Assembly: GCA_020536535.1 (NCBI GenBank)
Contig: JAHLWZ010000832.1
Span: 1-64,000 of the forward strand
Length of the DNA: 64,000 nt
Direction of reading: 5' to 3'
From: Pelomyxa schiedti
Lineage: Eukaryota > Protista > Evosea
Made by a program: the position numbers and the translations under genes. The notes under the pieces were generated by a model. The model searched no databases, was not told where the DNA came from, and saw only the letters and a program-made list of their open reading frames with translations. Below, one piece after another: positions 40,848 through 51,748 of the stretch; the first letter of the stretch is position 1, and each line of letters opens with the position of its first letter.

Positions 40848-43800
40848 ACGGAGGTGTTTTTATTGAATTCCGTTTGTTCAGTATTCTTTCCCTGTAGTCC
40901 GTCACATGAAGAAGTGACCTTGACATAGTGAAAATCCCCATTAGTGCCAGAGAAACTAACAGCAGAGGTTCCAGTGACTAGAGTCTGCCCATCACGAAGA
41001 GTCACTTTGATTGAGGAGGGTAAAACAGTGCCAGTGAATGAAATTGAAGTAGTCATGATAGAGGAGCCTTGTTGTGTGTCAAATGTGATGGTGAACTGGA
41101 GGCACTTGAATTTGAGGTTCGTGACTGTGAAGTGCCCGGTGGATTTGGGAGTGTGGAGATAGGACATGGGAAGTGTTGGTGCGAGGATGAAAGTGTCGGG
41201 GCTGGGTCCAGAACTGGTTACATACTCGCGGAATCCAATTATGGTTCTTATCTGAAGAGCGGTAAGATAGGTATTGTCTGGGCTGTAGTAATAATCAAAT
41301 ATAATGTATATTATATTATGTTATTAATAATTTCAGCGAAGTACAATCATGGAAAAGAGCGTGCCACCCCAGCCGTATCTGTAATGAGTTAGGGTAAGGG
41401 GGTAGTTGAATGAGTGTCAACGCTTCAGCTCCTCCAGGATTAGAAGGATCGAAGGTCACTGGCCAATATTCATTTGCCACTCCTGGAATTCGGAAGTTGT
41501 ATTCATCCGGGAGCCTGCAAGAAACTAAGAGCTCACCTGTAGTGAAGGAAACTACCCAACATCGATAGTTCCAACTGAACGAGTGACGTTTGCATCCCAC
41601 CGAGAGTAAATACGGTGGGCAATGGAAGATACAGAATCAGAGGCCAAGGAAGTGTAATTTGCTATGATACAACCTTCATTGTATGGATACAGATACCTGA
41701 TTGAAGTAAAGGAAAAATAATTTGTACACAGATTTTCAATGAGGATACGATCTATACTAATGTAAGCAAATTTATAAGTAATGCATGAACATACGGCCAC
41801 TCAAGCCAGGGACTGGAGGCAATCAAGAAATATTTCAATTTTGGACCCAGAATTTCAATTTGTTCCTGAGATGCCATTCCACAAGCTGTTTGGACATGAA
41901 TGTGGTTCACAGATACCCTTTACTATGACCTATGGGAGTTGTTTGCATCATAATGTCGAAGTAGTCCGGTATGATAATTGGTTGTCCTGTATTGGAATCC
42001 CAGTCTCGGAACTCTCCTTCATAAAACATGGACTGTGTTCTCTCCTGCCCTCGTGATGCATAGTTGAATTCAATTAAGGAAGCTCTTTGTGCTCTTTGTG
42101 CCAGTATGAAAAATTAAAGGGTGGATATGTTTGCCAGTATTCTACATCTTCTCCTTTTCCCGCCATTGGAGCCAATATGGCCAAAATCGCACAAGCTTCA
42201 GCAGCAGCAGCTTCGACGTCCACCTGGCACACCATAAGGAAAAAGATGCCTTCAGGAAGAAAAAGGAAAATACAGTACGAATGTGAGAGGCAGCACCACC
42301 TGGATTTGAGCTGTTGAATCTGATTGAACCATCTTGACCACTTTCCCAGGAGCAATGACAGTGATACCATCCATCTGTGTCAGTCCGATGCTCCTGCCAC
42401 CATCTGAATGTTGTTGTTAACTTCGCCTAGTCTTTTCCAGTACCTCATATAGGAATTCAGATAAGGGTATATCTGTGTCAACCAGGTGACGTCTTGGTCA
42501 CGAGCATATATTGCCATAACAGTGTGGAGTGGTAAACACCAATTTGGAGCTGTCCCACATTCCGCGCCATCATCACATATCTTTAGGTGGATTAGCGAGT
42601 AATGAATGCCTTGTAAGTACCATGTTGAATGAACCATCTTCCCGAGAACATGGCACATGGGGTTCAGGGGTAAACATGAAGGTGGAAAGAAGAAGTTCTT
42701 TTGCAAGTGATATATTTGTATAACTGAGCAACAGTGCGTCTATGGAAGTCTCTGCCAGTACCTGGTAAACATTAATAGCCGAAATTGAGGGGAAAAACGT
42801 ACCTGTCTTGGGCTGAACGGTTGCATAGAGTCCCATACTCCATGATAAATTCCAACTGCATTTCTCACAGTGAACCTAACAGTTTCGAGGTCATAATTCA
42901 CGCCGTGTATCCACTCTTTTGGCCAGTCTCCTGTTAATTGTGGCGCCTTGTCCCAAAACTGGTCATCTTCTTGGATACGGGAATTGAGAGCAGTGACCGC
43001 TCCTATTGGAGGTTAATAATACCTACAGATTAGTTTAGGTTTACCTTGCTGAGCAATTGGATGAGAACCAAGTACAATTTTTTCAGACATTCCTCGGGTA
43101 AGGGTGAAAGTGATACTCTGCTTACCAGCAGCTGGAACCTGCACAAAGTGAAAATTGAAAAAAAAAGTAAAATGAATGGTACATTAAGGGAGTATGTGAG
43201 CATATTGTAAATAGATGAGCTTATCCCTCCCTCCCACGGGAAGGGTGTTGAGCACTGAGTCTCATTTGTCACCAGTGATGCACTTTCAATCCACTGATCC
43301 CACTGCGACTTAAATAGAGTACATTTGTGAGCAATACTACTGGATGAAGCTCCAATGCCGAAGACCGGACCACCTGCCCAGATTTTTGCTGAATCTGGAT
43401 TACTCAAAGAAATTTTTGTTACATTTCACACACCCAAAAGTACATCATAGGTCTGGTTGTAAAGCCCTCCAACAGCTCCATCACCTCCCCACCTTCACTT
43501 GTTAGAGTATTGGTGATTGCTCTATCTAGGTACCAAGTTTTCCAAGGGTAGCCATAAATATTGGAGAAATGGGCGAGAACGGTAGAAGCAGTGGTTTTAT
43601 GGTTAGAAAAAGTAAGTACGCATGTCAGTGCTTGGGAATTTTCTAAAATCTACTGGTGCGTGAAAGGTGCAATTGACCCGATGAGATACCTGATAAACCC
43701 ACTGAGCAGTAACATCCATATTGTCGTATGTAAAGTCATACGTCATTAATCTCAAGTTCTTTTAGTACAGCAACTAAAATTGTAGTATCTTACCTAGTGG

Positions 43801-44283
43801 TGTGGTGCTTAGATACAACTTCGATTCCATTTTGCAGGAAATCCTCTGTTTCGTGCAGCACCACACCATCAAGTTCTGTGATACAGTTACAATCTCATGA
43901 CATAAAGAAAGAATACCAAGAGAAATGTCTGCCACAGATAAATAGTTTGGTGGAAACATTGTGGCACCACTCCCATAACTGAATGGCAATGACCTTCCCC
44001 ACAGTGCGAAACCCAAAGGAGGCTGACTGCGCAGAATACCTTCAGAAACATTGACACAATCTTTCGAGTAAAGCTTTTTTTTTTCCCCTCGTTTCACACT
44101 CCTGCCCTATGAACATAAAGCACCACATTTAACAGCCAATAAATGCAAACCTGTTGGTGCAATGGCTGTGTGGGTTGGGTTGTCCAAGTACCCAAATGGC
44201 GTATAGTCCAAAGCAGGGTATGTTCCCCCTGACAATGCAACCAACAATGCAAACAACGAAATGAACTGACAAACAAGCAGCAT
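40844..44283 (-). CDS. Secreted six-hairpin glycoside hydrolase, GH63/MGH1-like
   Basis: Signal peptide MLLVCQFISLFALLVALSGG; WLTQIYPYL..Y; DTDGWYHCHCSWESGQDGSIRF; ANEYWP. Confidence 0.65.
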
Positions 44284-44426
44284 TCAAAGGCACTGAGGAA
44301 TTTCGGATTATTTCGTTTTCTTTTTTGTGGTGGAAAGTGTAAACAACAAAAAAGGAAGTGATAGACTGGCCAGTGGAGTGGTTGAATGATTGTTTTATTT
44401 GGGTTTCCTTTGTCTGTTACAGTGGA

Positions 44427-45150
44427 TTAAAGAACGGAACCAGCGGTTGCAGCAACTCGGGGCCACAAATCAGCACACTCCTTACCAACTGGACCAGTGA
44501 TTGCAGAGCCCTTCATTTCTCCTTTGGGGTTTACAATGACACCGGCATTGTCTTTGGTTTTAGAAATGTCAGTAAGTAGGCCAAATAGGTGGCAATCCCA
44601 TCCCGCAAGGAAAGTGGCACACCTTCAAAGTAAATGAAGACACCATCGCGTCTGCGCCAAGGCTTCCTCTGCCTCACAATAATGGCAGAGTGGACTTAAG
44701 AGCAGGTTATGAAAGGAAGGTGAAATTATTACATTAATGTGGAGCGAGCTTCTTGCTCTTTGGGTTTTTTTGTGTGGGCTGATAATGCATACCCTTTTTC
44801 CTCAATTCGGGCTTGCCCTTCTTTACAGTAGCAAGGACAATATCACCCACAGATGCTGAGGGCAATCTGTTGAGCCTGCCGTGAATTCCCTTGACGGCAA
44901 TGACGTAGAGGTTCTTTGCGCCAGTGTTGTCGGCGCAGTTGATTACAGCGCCCACTGGAAGACCACACGTCATCCTGAATTTGTTTCCAGTAGCACCGGC
45001 TCTTCCTGTACATTAACAACAAGCGTAAATACAACGCCGATACCCCGTGTACAAAGTGGCGGGGCGACGAGAGGGGAAAAAAAAAAAAAAAACGGAGACA
45101 GTACGATACAGTAACCACTACAACAACACTGTACCTCTCTTTGAAGCCAT
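44427..45150 (-). CDS. RPL23: 60S ribosomal protein L23 (uL14), 3 introns
   Basis: [64 protein letters not shown]. Confidence 0.97.
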
Positions 45151-45395
45151 TGTGAACGATAGGACCACAAGCGGGCGAGATCTACGACCACGAATAAAAT
45201 GAACGAAATGCTACGAACCTCAATAAATGATGTCAGGCTAAGCCACCAATTGATGGCTTTCTTTCTATCCGTCTATTCTATTTCCAAGTTTGACAGTTGT
45301 CACAGTGAATTAAAAACCCGGACATCTGTCTTTCCTGGTTGTATCTGACTTGCCTTTCATTTTTGCCAAAAAACTCGACAGCCACACAAGGCGTC

Positions 45396-48300
45396 ATGTA
45401 CTACCCTGCTCAATCTGCCGCAGCCCCGCAACAACAGGGCCGCGCGCCTGCGCCGATGTTTGGACACCCTAATTCATTGTGGTTTCCACCAAACCAGGAG
45501 CACCTCAGGCAACAGTACGCCATGCAGTATTGTTCGTACCATGGAATACCGTACACTCCTTCTGCCTTTCCTGGATTTCAGCTGCCGCCACAAGCACAAC
45601 ACGCCAATAGTTCACAAATACAACAACAAATAAAGGCAGCCAAGCACACTCAGAATACCCATTCTAGCACCACACCTCCAGTCACTGCATCTAGGCCAAA
45701 GACCCCTCCCACCGTTGTTGTGACAACACGTCCTGTCACTCCACCCACAGTTACAGTGCTCCACCACGCTGACCCACAAACCCAACCAAATGCCCCCCCT
45801 ACTTCGGTTTCTGGTACCCTAACTGCTGCAGTTCTACCCCCGGACACCACCGCAACAGTAAATTCTGAACCATCTGTGACGACACACACTTCCTCTCAAA
45901 CCTCCGTCACACCCGTGAAAACGCCACCAACTTCTCCTGTCTTATCATCAACACAGGCACCACTATGCAGCGCTCCCTCTTTAGCTACTGCAACTTCCTC
46001 GTCAACTTCTTGTGCCAACTCTTCAAATAGAAATAATTCAAGCACAGCCACACCAGGGTCTCTCACTGCAGACCACCCAACTATCACAATAATTACCACT
46101 TCAATAAACAATAGCGTTACCACCACTACAACAACAACTGTACCAACGGGCTCTTCTGCAGCACGTACAACAGAGTGTGTCGAACAAAGTACCCTTTGTG
46201 CTCAAATGACAAAGAAGATTGAAACTAATTCTTATGAGTGCATGATCTGCTTTGAAGTTATTCCTGTATGCAGGAATATCTCCAATAGAGCATATGATTT
46301 ATATTTTTTTTAGAGAACTGCAGATATCTGGTCATGTGGGAAGTGTTGGGGACTTTTTCATATTCAGTGTATAAAGAAGTGGAAAGAGACCTCTAATCGT
46401 ATTTCTTCTACACTGATCTATCTTATTTTGATCGTGTACTTTAGAACAGGCCCCTACTCCTCACACAATTGATGCAATTTTACACCCCCCACCAAAAGGT
46501 ATTGTAGCTTTCCTATGTATGGCGCTTTGACTTCAGTAGTTGATACACGTAATTGGCGTTGTCCAACTTGCCGATATGAGTTCTTAACTCCCCCAAAGTC
46601 CTCTTGCTATTGTGGAAAAGTGGAGAATGCCTCAAGCCACAACCTTTATGCCTTACCGCACTCGTGTGGTGCGAGATGCGGTAGAAGCCGAGTGGGCACT
46701 CCTTGTCCACATGAATGTACACTTGTGTGCCACCCTGGTCCATGCCCACCGTGTGTGGTTTTCTGAGTTTCTTTTTGTGTGACTCGGTCCAACTAGATGT
46801 CCCGCATTAGGACCCGTTCGCAATTGCTTTTGTGGGAGGACCAAGTACGCAACTCGCTGTTCAGATATTGATAACGGGCAATCCTGTGGTGCGATATGCG
46901 GGCAATCTCTCAACTGTCTCAAGCATACATGTGCGTCTCCATGCCACCCAGGTACTGGTTTTTCAATTTTTCGAAGTACATGTGTTCATTCTTACTTTCA
47001 GGAAAGTGTAAGCCTTGCCCAGAGGCTGTCGAACAAAAGTGTTACTGTGGGAGAGTTACAGAGTCTCGTGCTTGTGGCACTGGGAGTCTGGATCAGTCAC
47101 AAGGAGAAGATAGATACTTCTGTTGTAATCAAGTTTGTGACAAGTGTGTTCATCCCAAATTTACTAGATTAGTGTAACAATTATTTCAGGCAACTTGACT
47201 GTAAGAATCACAACTGTAAAAAGTTGTGTCATGCAGGACCTTGCGGAGACTGCGAACTTCTCCCATCACAGGTCACAACTTGCCCCTGTAAATCGGTCAG
47301 TTCCACCTCAGCTTGCTTATTTCCCTGTCTAATCTGACCCAACAGGTTCCACTTTATAGGTTACTGAAAGAAGAAAGAAAGAGCTGCCTGGATGAGATAC
47401 CAACTTGTGGTCGGCCCTGTAACAAGAAATTAGAATGTGGGCACAACTGCCTTGCGTGTTGCCATACTGGTCCCTGTCCACCCTGTACAACAGAGGTTGT
47501 CTATTTTTTATTATTTATTTACTGTGTCTGAATGTCTATTAATGTACTATGAAGGTTCATGTATATTGTAGATGCAAATCAACCACCGCGTTGCGTCCCT
47601 GCACCTCCAAGAATATTCCTGTCTGCAATAAAGTACAATTCTAGCTATTCTGGAAAACTCCTAATACCAGGATAGCCGTGTGAAGTTATGAAATCATGTG
47701 GACGTCATCTCTGCCGCACTGTGTGTTGTCCGTCTAGATGTGCGGAGGATATCCCTGGCAATCACGTTTGCAGAATTGTGTGTAACAAACAGCTGGAATG
47801 CCGGAAACACAAGTGTGAGGTAACAACTCCCCTATTTATGTGCTGCACATTCATATTTTTACAGATACTATGTCACCTGGGACCCTGTCCATCTTGCTTC
47901 AAGGTTAAGATGGAAGAAGTGAGTTGCCGATGTGGAAAAACCGTGCTACACCCTCCAATTCCATGTGGAACGAAACTGCCACCAGTAAATAAACGTCTCC
48001 TTTTCCCTTTGTTCATTTTTCTAGTGCCCATTTCCTTGCTCTATTCCTCGAAAATGTGGTCACAAGGATGTACCAGTGTATGGGGACATGCATTCATGCC
48101 ATCAAGGGGCATGCCCGCCCTGTACAGTATGTTTGAGAATTAACGTAGAATTACTAAAATTCACTGTAGATGTTGGTATCTAAAATGTGTATGGGAGGTC
48201 ACGAGCTGAGGAAAAATGTTCAATGTTATCTCGAGTCAGTGTCATGTGGTAAGGTATGCGGGAAACAACTTCCCTGTGGCCTACATCTTTGCCAAAAACT

Positions 48301-49933
48301 GTGTCACCTTGGGCCTTGCTTTGAGCCACCTCCTCCAGCAAAGCCAGCAGCTGACAAGCAATCCCGCAAAAAAAATAAGAAGAAAAAGAAGTCTGCACAC
48401 ACATCTTCTACCACCCTCTCCACTGAAGCAACTCCTTCCAATCAACCAACCGAGACAACACAAACAAGTGTCGTGAAGCCTCTCACCGAACAGCCCACTA
48501 ATGGGCAACCCTCGGAGCAATCAGCATCTAGTGCACAGCAGAGCAAACCAAATACCAGCACCAGTAGTAGTGCGGTGACTTTATCTCAGACGAGCCAACT
48601 AACCCCCTCAGTTCCTCCAAAGTAGTAAGTCATTTCCCACTCACCTTCTGACTTTGTATCAGAATCTCTTGTGGGCAAGTCTGTGGAGCCAAAAGAACTA
48701 CATGCCAACATTTGTGTAAGGCGACATGCCATCCAGGAACCCCGTGCCCTTCCATACTATGCACAGATTATGTAGCGTTTGTCTTCTCAACCTATTTTTT
48801 CTCACTTAAGATCAAGATTAACATTTTCTGCCCCTGCAAGCGGAGGTGCGCCCAAGTTGAATGTCTTCATGGTGGAAAGCCAAATGAAGGCTTTGCTGGT
48901 CCTGAACAAAGGGAATTGGAATGTGATGAGGAGTGTGCTGTATTGTCAAGAAACAAGCGCCTGGCTGATGCTTTGGGGATTATGCCGTATTTTATCCCTT
49001 CGATCCCTGCATCTACTTATTTCTTCTCAGGGAAGTTGGGGCTCCAAGTTACCCAAAGGTTTTGGTGGTTCTTGGAAAATCACAAATGCCTTTCTTACTT
49101 CATGTGGAAGAGATTTTGGGTCAGTTTGTATCCTCAACCAAGTAGGTCACAAACAATTCCAACAACTGGTGTTAATCTCCATCCCAGCCCAACTGTGGTG
49201 CTGTCAGCTGTCGATAAAGGCCGTAGACAACTTCTTGTTCAACTTTTGCGATATTATGGTCTCTATACAACAGCTTTCACAAATCCCTCTCCAGGACAAA
49301 CACAAGAAATGATTTTAACAAAAACCCCCCAGACCAGAGTGTACTACACGTATTATGAGTTTAATAGTGGAACTAACTCCTAAACAGACCTTCCGTACTT
49401 CTTTCACAAGTTGCAATCTCATCATCCAATGCATCGCAAGACCCGACTGTCACAATTCTCAGTTATGGTGAGGATGAAGCGCCGCAATTCCTAATGTCCC
49501 TTGGGAACCTTGATTCCGGAGCTGTAAACTTGAAATATTTATTGGGGAAAGACTCCTGCATCCAGTGGCTTGACAAGCGCACTTGCTTGGTTCTTTTCAA
49601 AAGACCGGAGCAGATGAATGCCGCGATAAAGAATTTGAGTTGCACGTTTGTAGTGGAAACCCCACCTTCACACTGTGACCCAAGTATGATCCCTCAACTC
49701 CCTTGCGCATGTAGTCTAACTCAAAACAACAAATAAAATCAGCTAAAGGACCCAAGCCACCCAGACCTTACAAACCCGCAACACCAGCACCAACAACCAA
49801 TGTGTGGGTGCAGAGGCAGCAGAGCCGCAACCCTGCCGCAGCCGCGGCCGCCTTACACCCGCCTACGGAGGAGCCCACATGGAGACAAAACAACAACTAC
49901 TACGCCCACCTTCAAACTGACGAGACCGAGTAG
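45396..49933 (+). CDS. NFX1: NF-X1-type zinc finger protein (RING/PHD + NF-X1 repeats, R3H-like C-terminus)
   Basis: YECMIC..IWSC..FHIQCIKKW; WRCPTC; CYCGK; many C..H.C...CH.G.C..C repeats; LECDEECAVLSRNKRLADAL. Confidence 0.9.
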
Positions 49934-50173
49934 GCTCTCGTCATTCAATTCCATTAAAACAACTATTTTGTTTTTTGTTTTTCGTTTTTCGTTTTTCTTT
50001 TGGTTTTTGGCACTAGGGGTTTTAATTTTTGTGAAGAGTGAACGTTCCAGCCCACAGCTAATAGTCTTGGGTACTGGCTCCAAACCATTCTAAATCACAT
50101 AATAAAGAAAGAGGAAAAAACTCCGTTTACTTTTTTTGAATGTGGCTCGCGGCTCAGACCAGCGTAGAAAATG

Positions 50174-50179
50174 AAAAAA
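50174..50179 (-). terminator. RNA polymerase III terminator (T6) downstream of tRNA-Gln
   Basis: Minus strand reads GGGGCCA-TTAA-TTTTTT. Confidence 0.7.
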
Positions 50180-50183
50180 TTAA

Positions 50184-50255
50184 TGGCCCCGCTCAGAATC
50201 GAACTGAGATCAAGAGAGCCAAAATCTCCCATACTAACCATTATACTACGGAGGT
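50184..50255 (-). tRNA. trnQ-TTG: tRNA-Gln(TTG), downstream copy; positions 1-2 are AC instead of GG (two acceptor-stem mismatches)
   Basis: ACCTCCG TA GTAT AATGGTTA GTAT G GGAGA TT-TTG-GC TCTCT TGAT CTCAG TTCGATT CTGAG CGGGGCC A folds as a cloverleaf with intact A and B boxes. Confidence 0.9.
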
Positions 50256-51423
50256 TAAGCCCACACAAACGGCAGGCGTGTGTTGAAATTATTACTGAAA
50301 AACAGTGAAGCGGGGGGGCTTCTAGTGTACTGTGGATGGCGTGGATGTTTGTGCGGTGTGCTTGACTGCTACGCGGTGGTTGTGTGGTTATGGTGAGGCT
50401 GCTACATTATGTGTGTTACTGATCAAAGGCGGTTATGCGATGGTCCGGGTCTTCTCCCCGGTGTTTATGGAGGGTGGTAGATGTGATTGGGAGGGATCAC
50501 AGCTTCCAAGTCAATCTTCGATTGAGTTGGAAGACCAACGTTCCTCCTTAATTCGAGCAGGGCCAAATTTTGGGGCAGGGTTGACACGTGGTAGTTGTAT
50601 AAGCCTACCAGATTCCTAGCGGCGGATTTAGCGGAGTTCGGGGTGTTAGGTGTGACATTCAGAGTCTTCAGGGAGTTTAACCGGAGCTCCTTGCGGATTG
50701 CAGCGTTATGGCGGCATGTGTTGAGGATGTGCTTGACCGATTCCGGGGAATTGCAGCCGTGCCGGCATGTTGAGGCGATGTGGAGGATGTGGGACATGCG
50801 GTTATTCAGGGGCTTCATGCCGGTTGCAATTTGGAGAGCGTGGTTCCGCAGGGTTGGAGGGATTCCCTTGGTGTTGAGGTTCTTGACCAGGTTGATCCAG
50901 TGAGCCGCTGTTGGTTTCTCTGTCATTGTGGTCCGAAGCTTGTGATGCAGGGATTTTCCCGGGCGTTCGTCCAGGATTGCCCTGTAAATGTCAGTGGGGT
51001 TCCTGAGAGTCGGTGGAATCTTCTCATTGAACGTGTGGATTAACTGCAGTGGGGAGGTAGGTAAGACCTTCTTCGGGTCTGTGCGGTTTGGATGCCTGAG
51101 GGCCGACACGGCGGTGGCAACATTCCACCAAGCCATGTCCAGCAGGGGGGTGGCAAAGCCACCCCCAGGGAGGGAATGGAATGACGACATTTGTAGATAA
51201 GATAGAGTAGAGGGTTGAGGATAGAATAGAATTGTTGTTTGTCAAGTTTTTAATGCTTGGTAAACTGGTTGTTGGTTTGTCTTTGGCTGTTTTAAGGCTG
51301 TCGGACATTGTTGTTTCCCAGGTCGATTTGGGGAAGGTGGTCACGCCCGGGATCGATCCCACAACCTCTCAGTTTTCGCGATTTCAGACGAACGCCTTAA
51401 ACCGCTAAACAAAAAGGTCTCCC
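50254..51423 (-). mobile_element. Non-autonomous non-LTR retroelement (tRNA-like head + L1/Tx1-type ORF2 3' remnant) inserted inside tRNA-Gln
   Basis: Flanked by identical 20-mers 50234-50253 and 51424-51443 from within the tRNA; ORF 50465-51190 has zf-RVT-like IPPTLRNHALQIATGMKPLNNR..CRHGCNSPESVKHILNTC; tRNA-like head at 51338-51415. Confidence 0.82.
50465..51190 (-). CDS. Truncated retrotransposon ORF2 C-terminus (zf-RVT/CCHC); no RT catalytic core or endonuclease
   Basis: 241-codon intronless ATG ORF with GGGFATP motif and CxxxC..ES..HILNTC. Confidence 0.7.
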   Translation of the reverse strand: MSSFHSLPGGGFATPLLDMAWWNVATAVSALRHPNRTDPKKVLPTSPLQLIHTFNEKIPPTLRNPTDIYRAILDERPGKSLHHKLRTTMTEKPTAAHWINLVKNLNTKGIPPTLRNHALQIATGMKPLNNRMSHILHIASTCRHGCNSPESVKHILNTCRHNAAIRKELRLNSLKTLNVTPNTPNSAKSAARNLVGLYNYHVSTLPQNLALLELRRNVGLPTQSKIDLEAVIPPNHIYHPP

Positions 51424-51445
51424 CTAACCATTATACTACGGAGCC
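51424..51445 (-). pseudogene. Original 5' end (nt 1-22) of the tRNA-Gln gene, displaced by the insertion; contains the upstream target-site duplication copy
   Basis: GGCTCCGTAGTATAATGGTTAG; GGCTCCG pairs fully with the acceptor 3' strand CGGGGCC at 50185-50191. Confidence 0.88.
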
Positions 51446-51748
51446 TTCGTATTTCGGTGTGAAGTGAACAGAGTTCTTGCTGCTGCTGCCAGGCTTTTTT
51501 CCAGGAAAGAAAAAAGAGGGTCCTGACCTTTATGTAGTTGTGCCGGGGGCGGGGTGTGTTGGTGTGTCATTCCGAGGCCATTCCAGTGTTCCGCTTCGCC
51601 CCGAACGGTGGCTGTTTTCTCTCAAATGTCAATTGTACGTATTTGCGAATATTAGAATAAAAAAAAAAAGAAAAAGGAAGAAGAAGACGAAGAAGAGCAG
51701 GTGCGTAAACTTACCTCGTAATCGTCGATACGCACGCAGGCAAACAAA

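Noticed and set aside
45008-45134. snoRNA or regulatory structure in the longer RPL23 (and RPLP2) introns
   Set aside because: Only short hairpins; no convincing C/D or H/ACA box arrangement
50465-50720. RHN after the CCHC motif as a restriction-like endonuclease (R2/NeSL-type) signature
   Set aside because: RHN follows the last Cys with no spacer and no PD-(D/E)xK motif follows; fits an L1/Tx1-type C-terminus better
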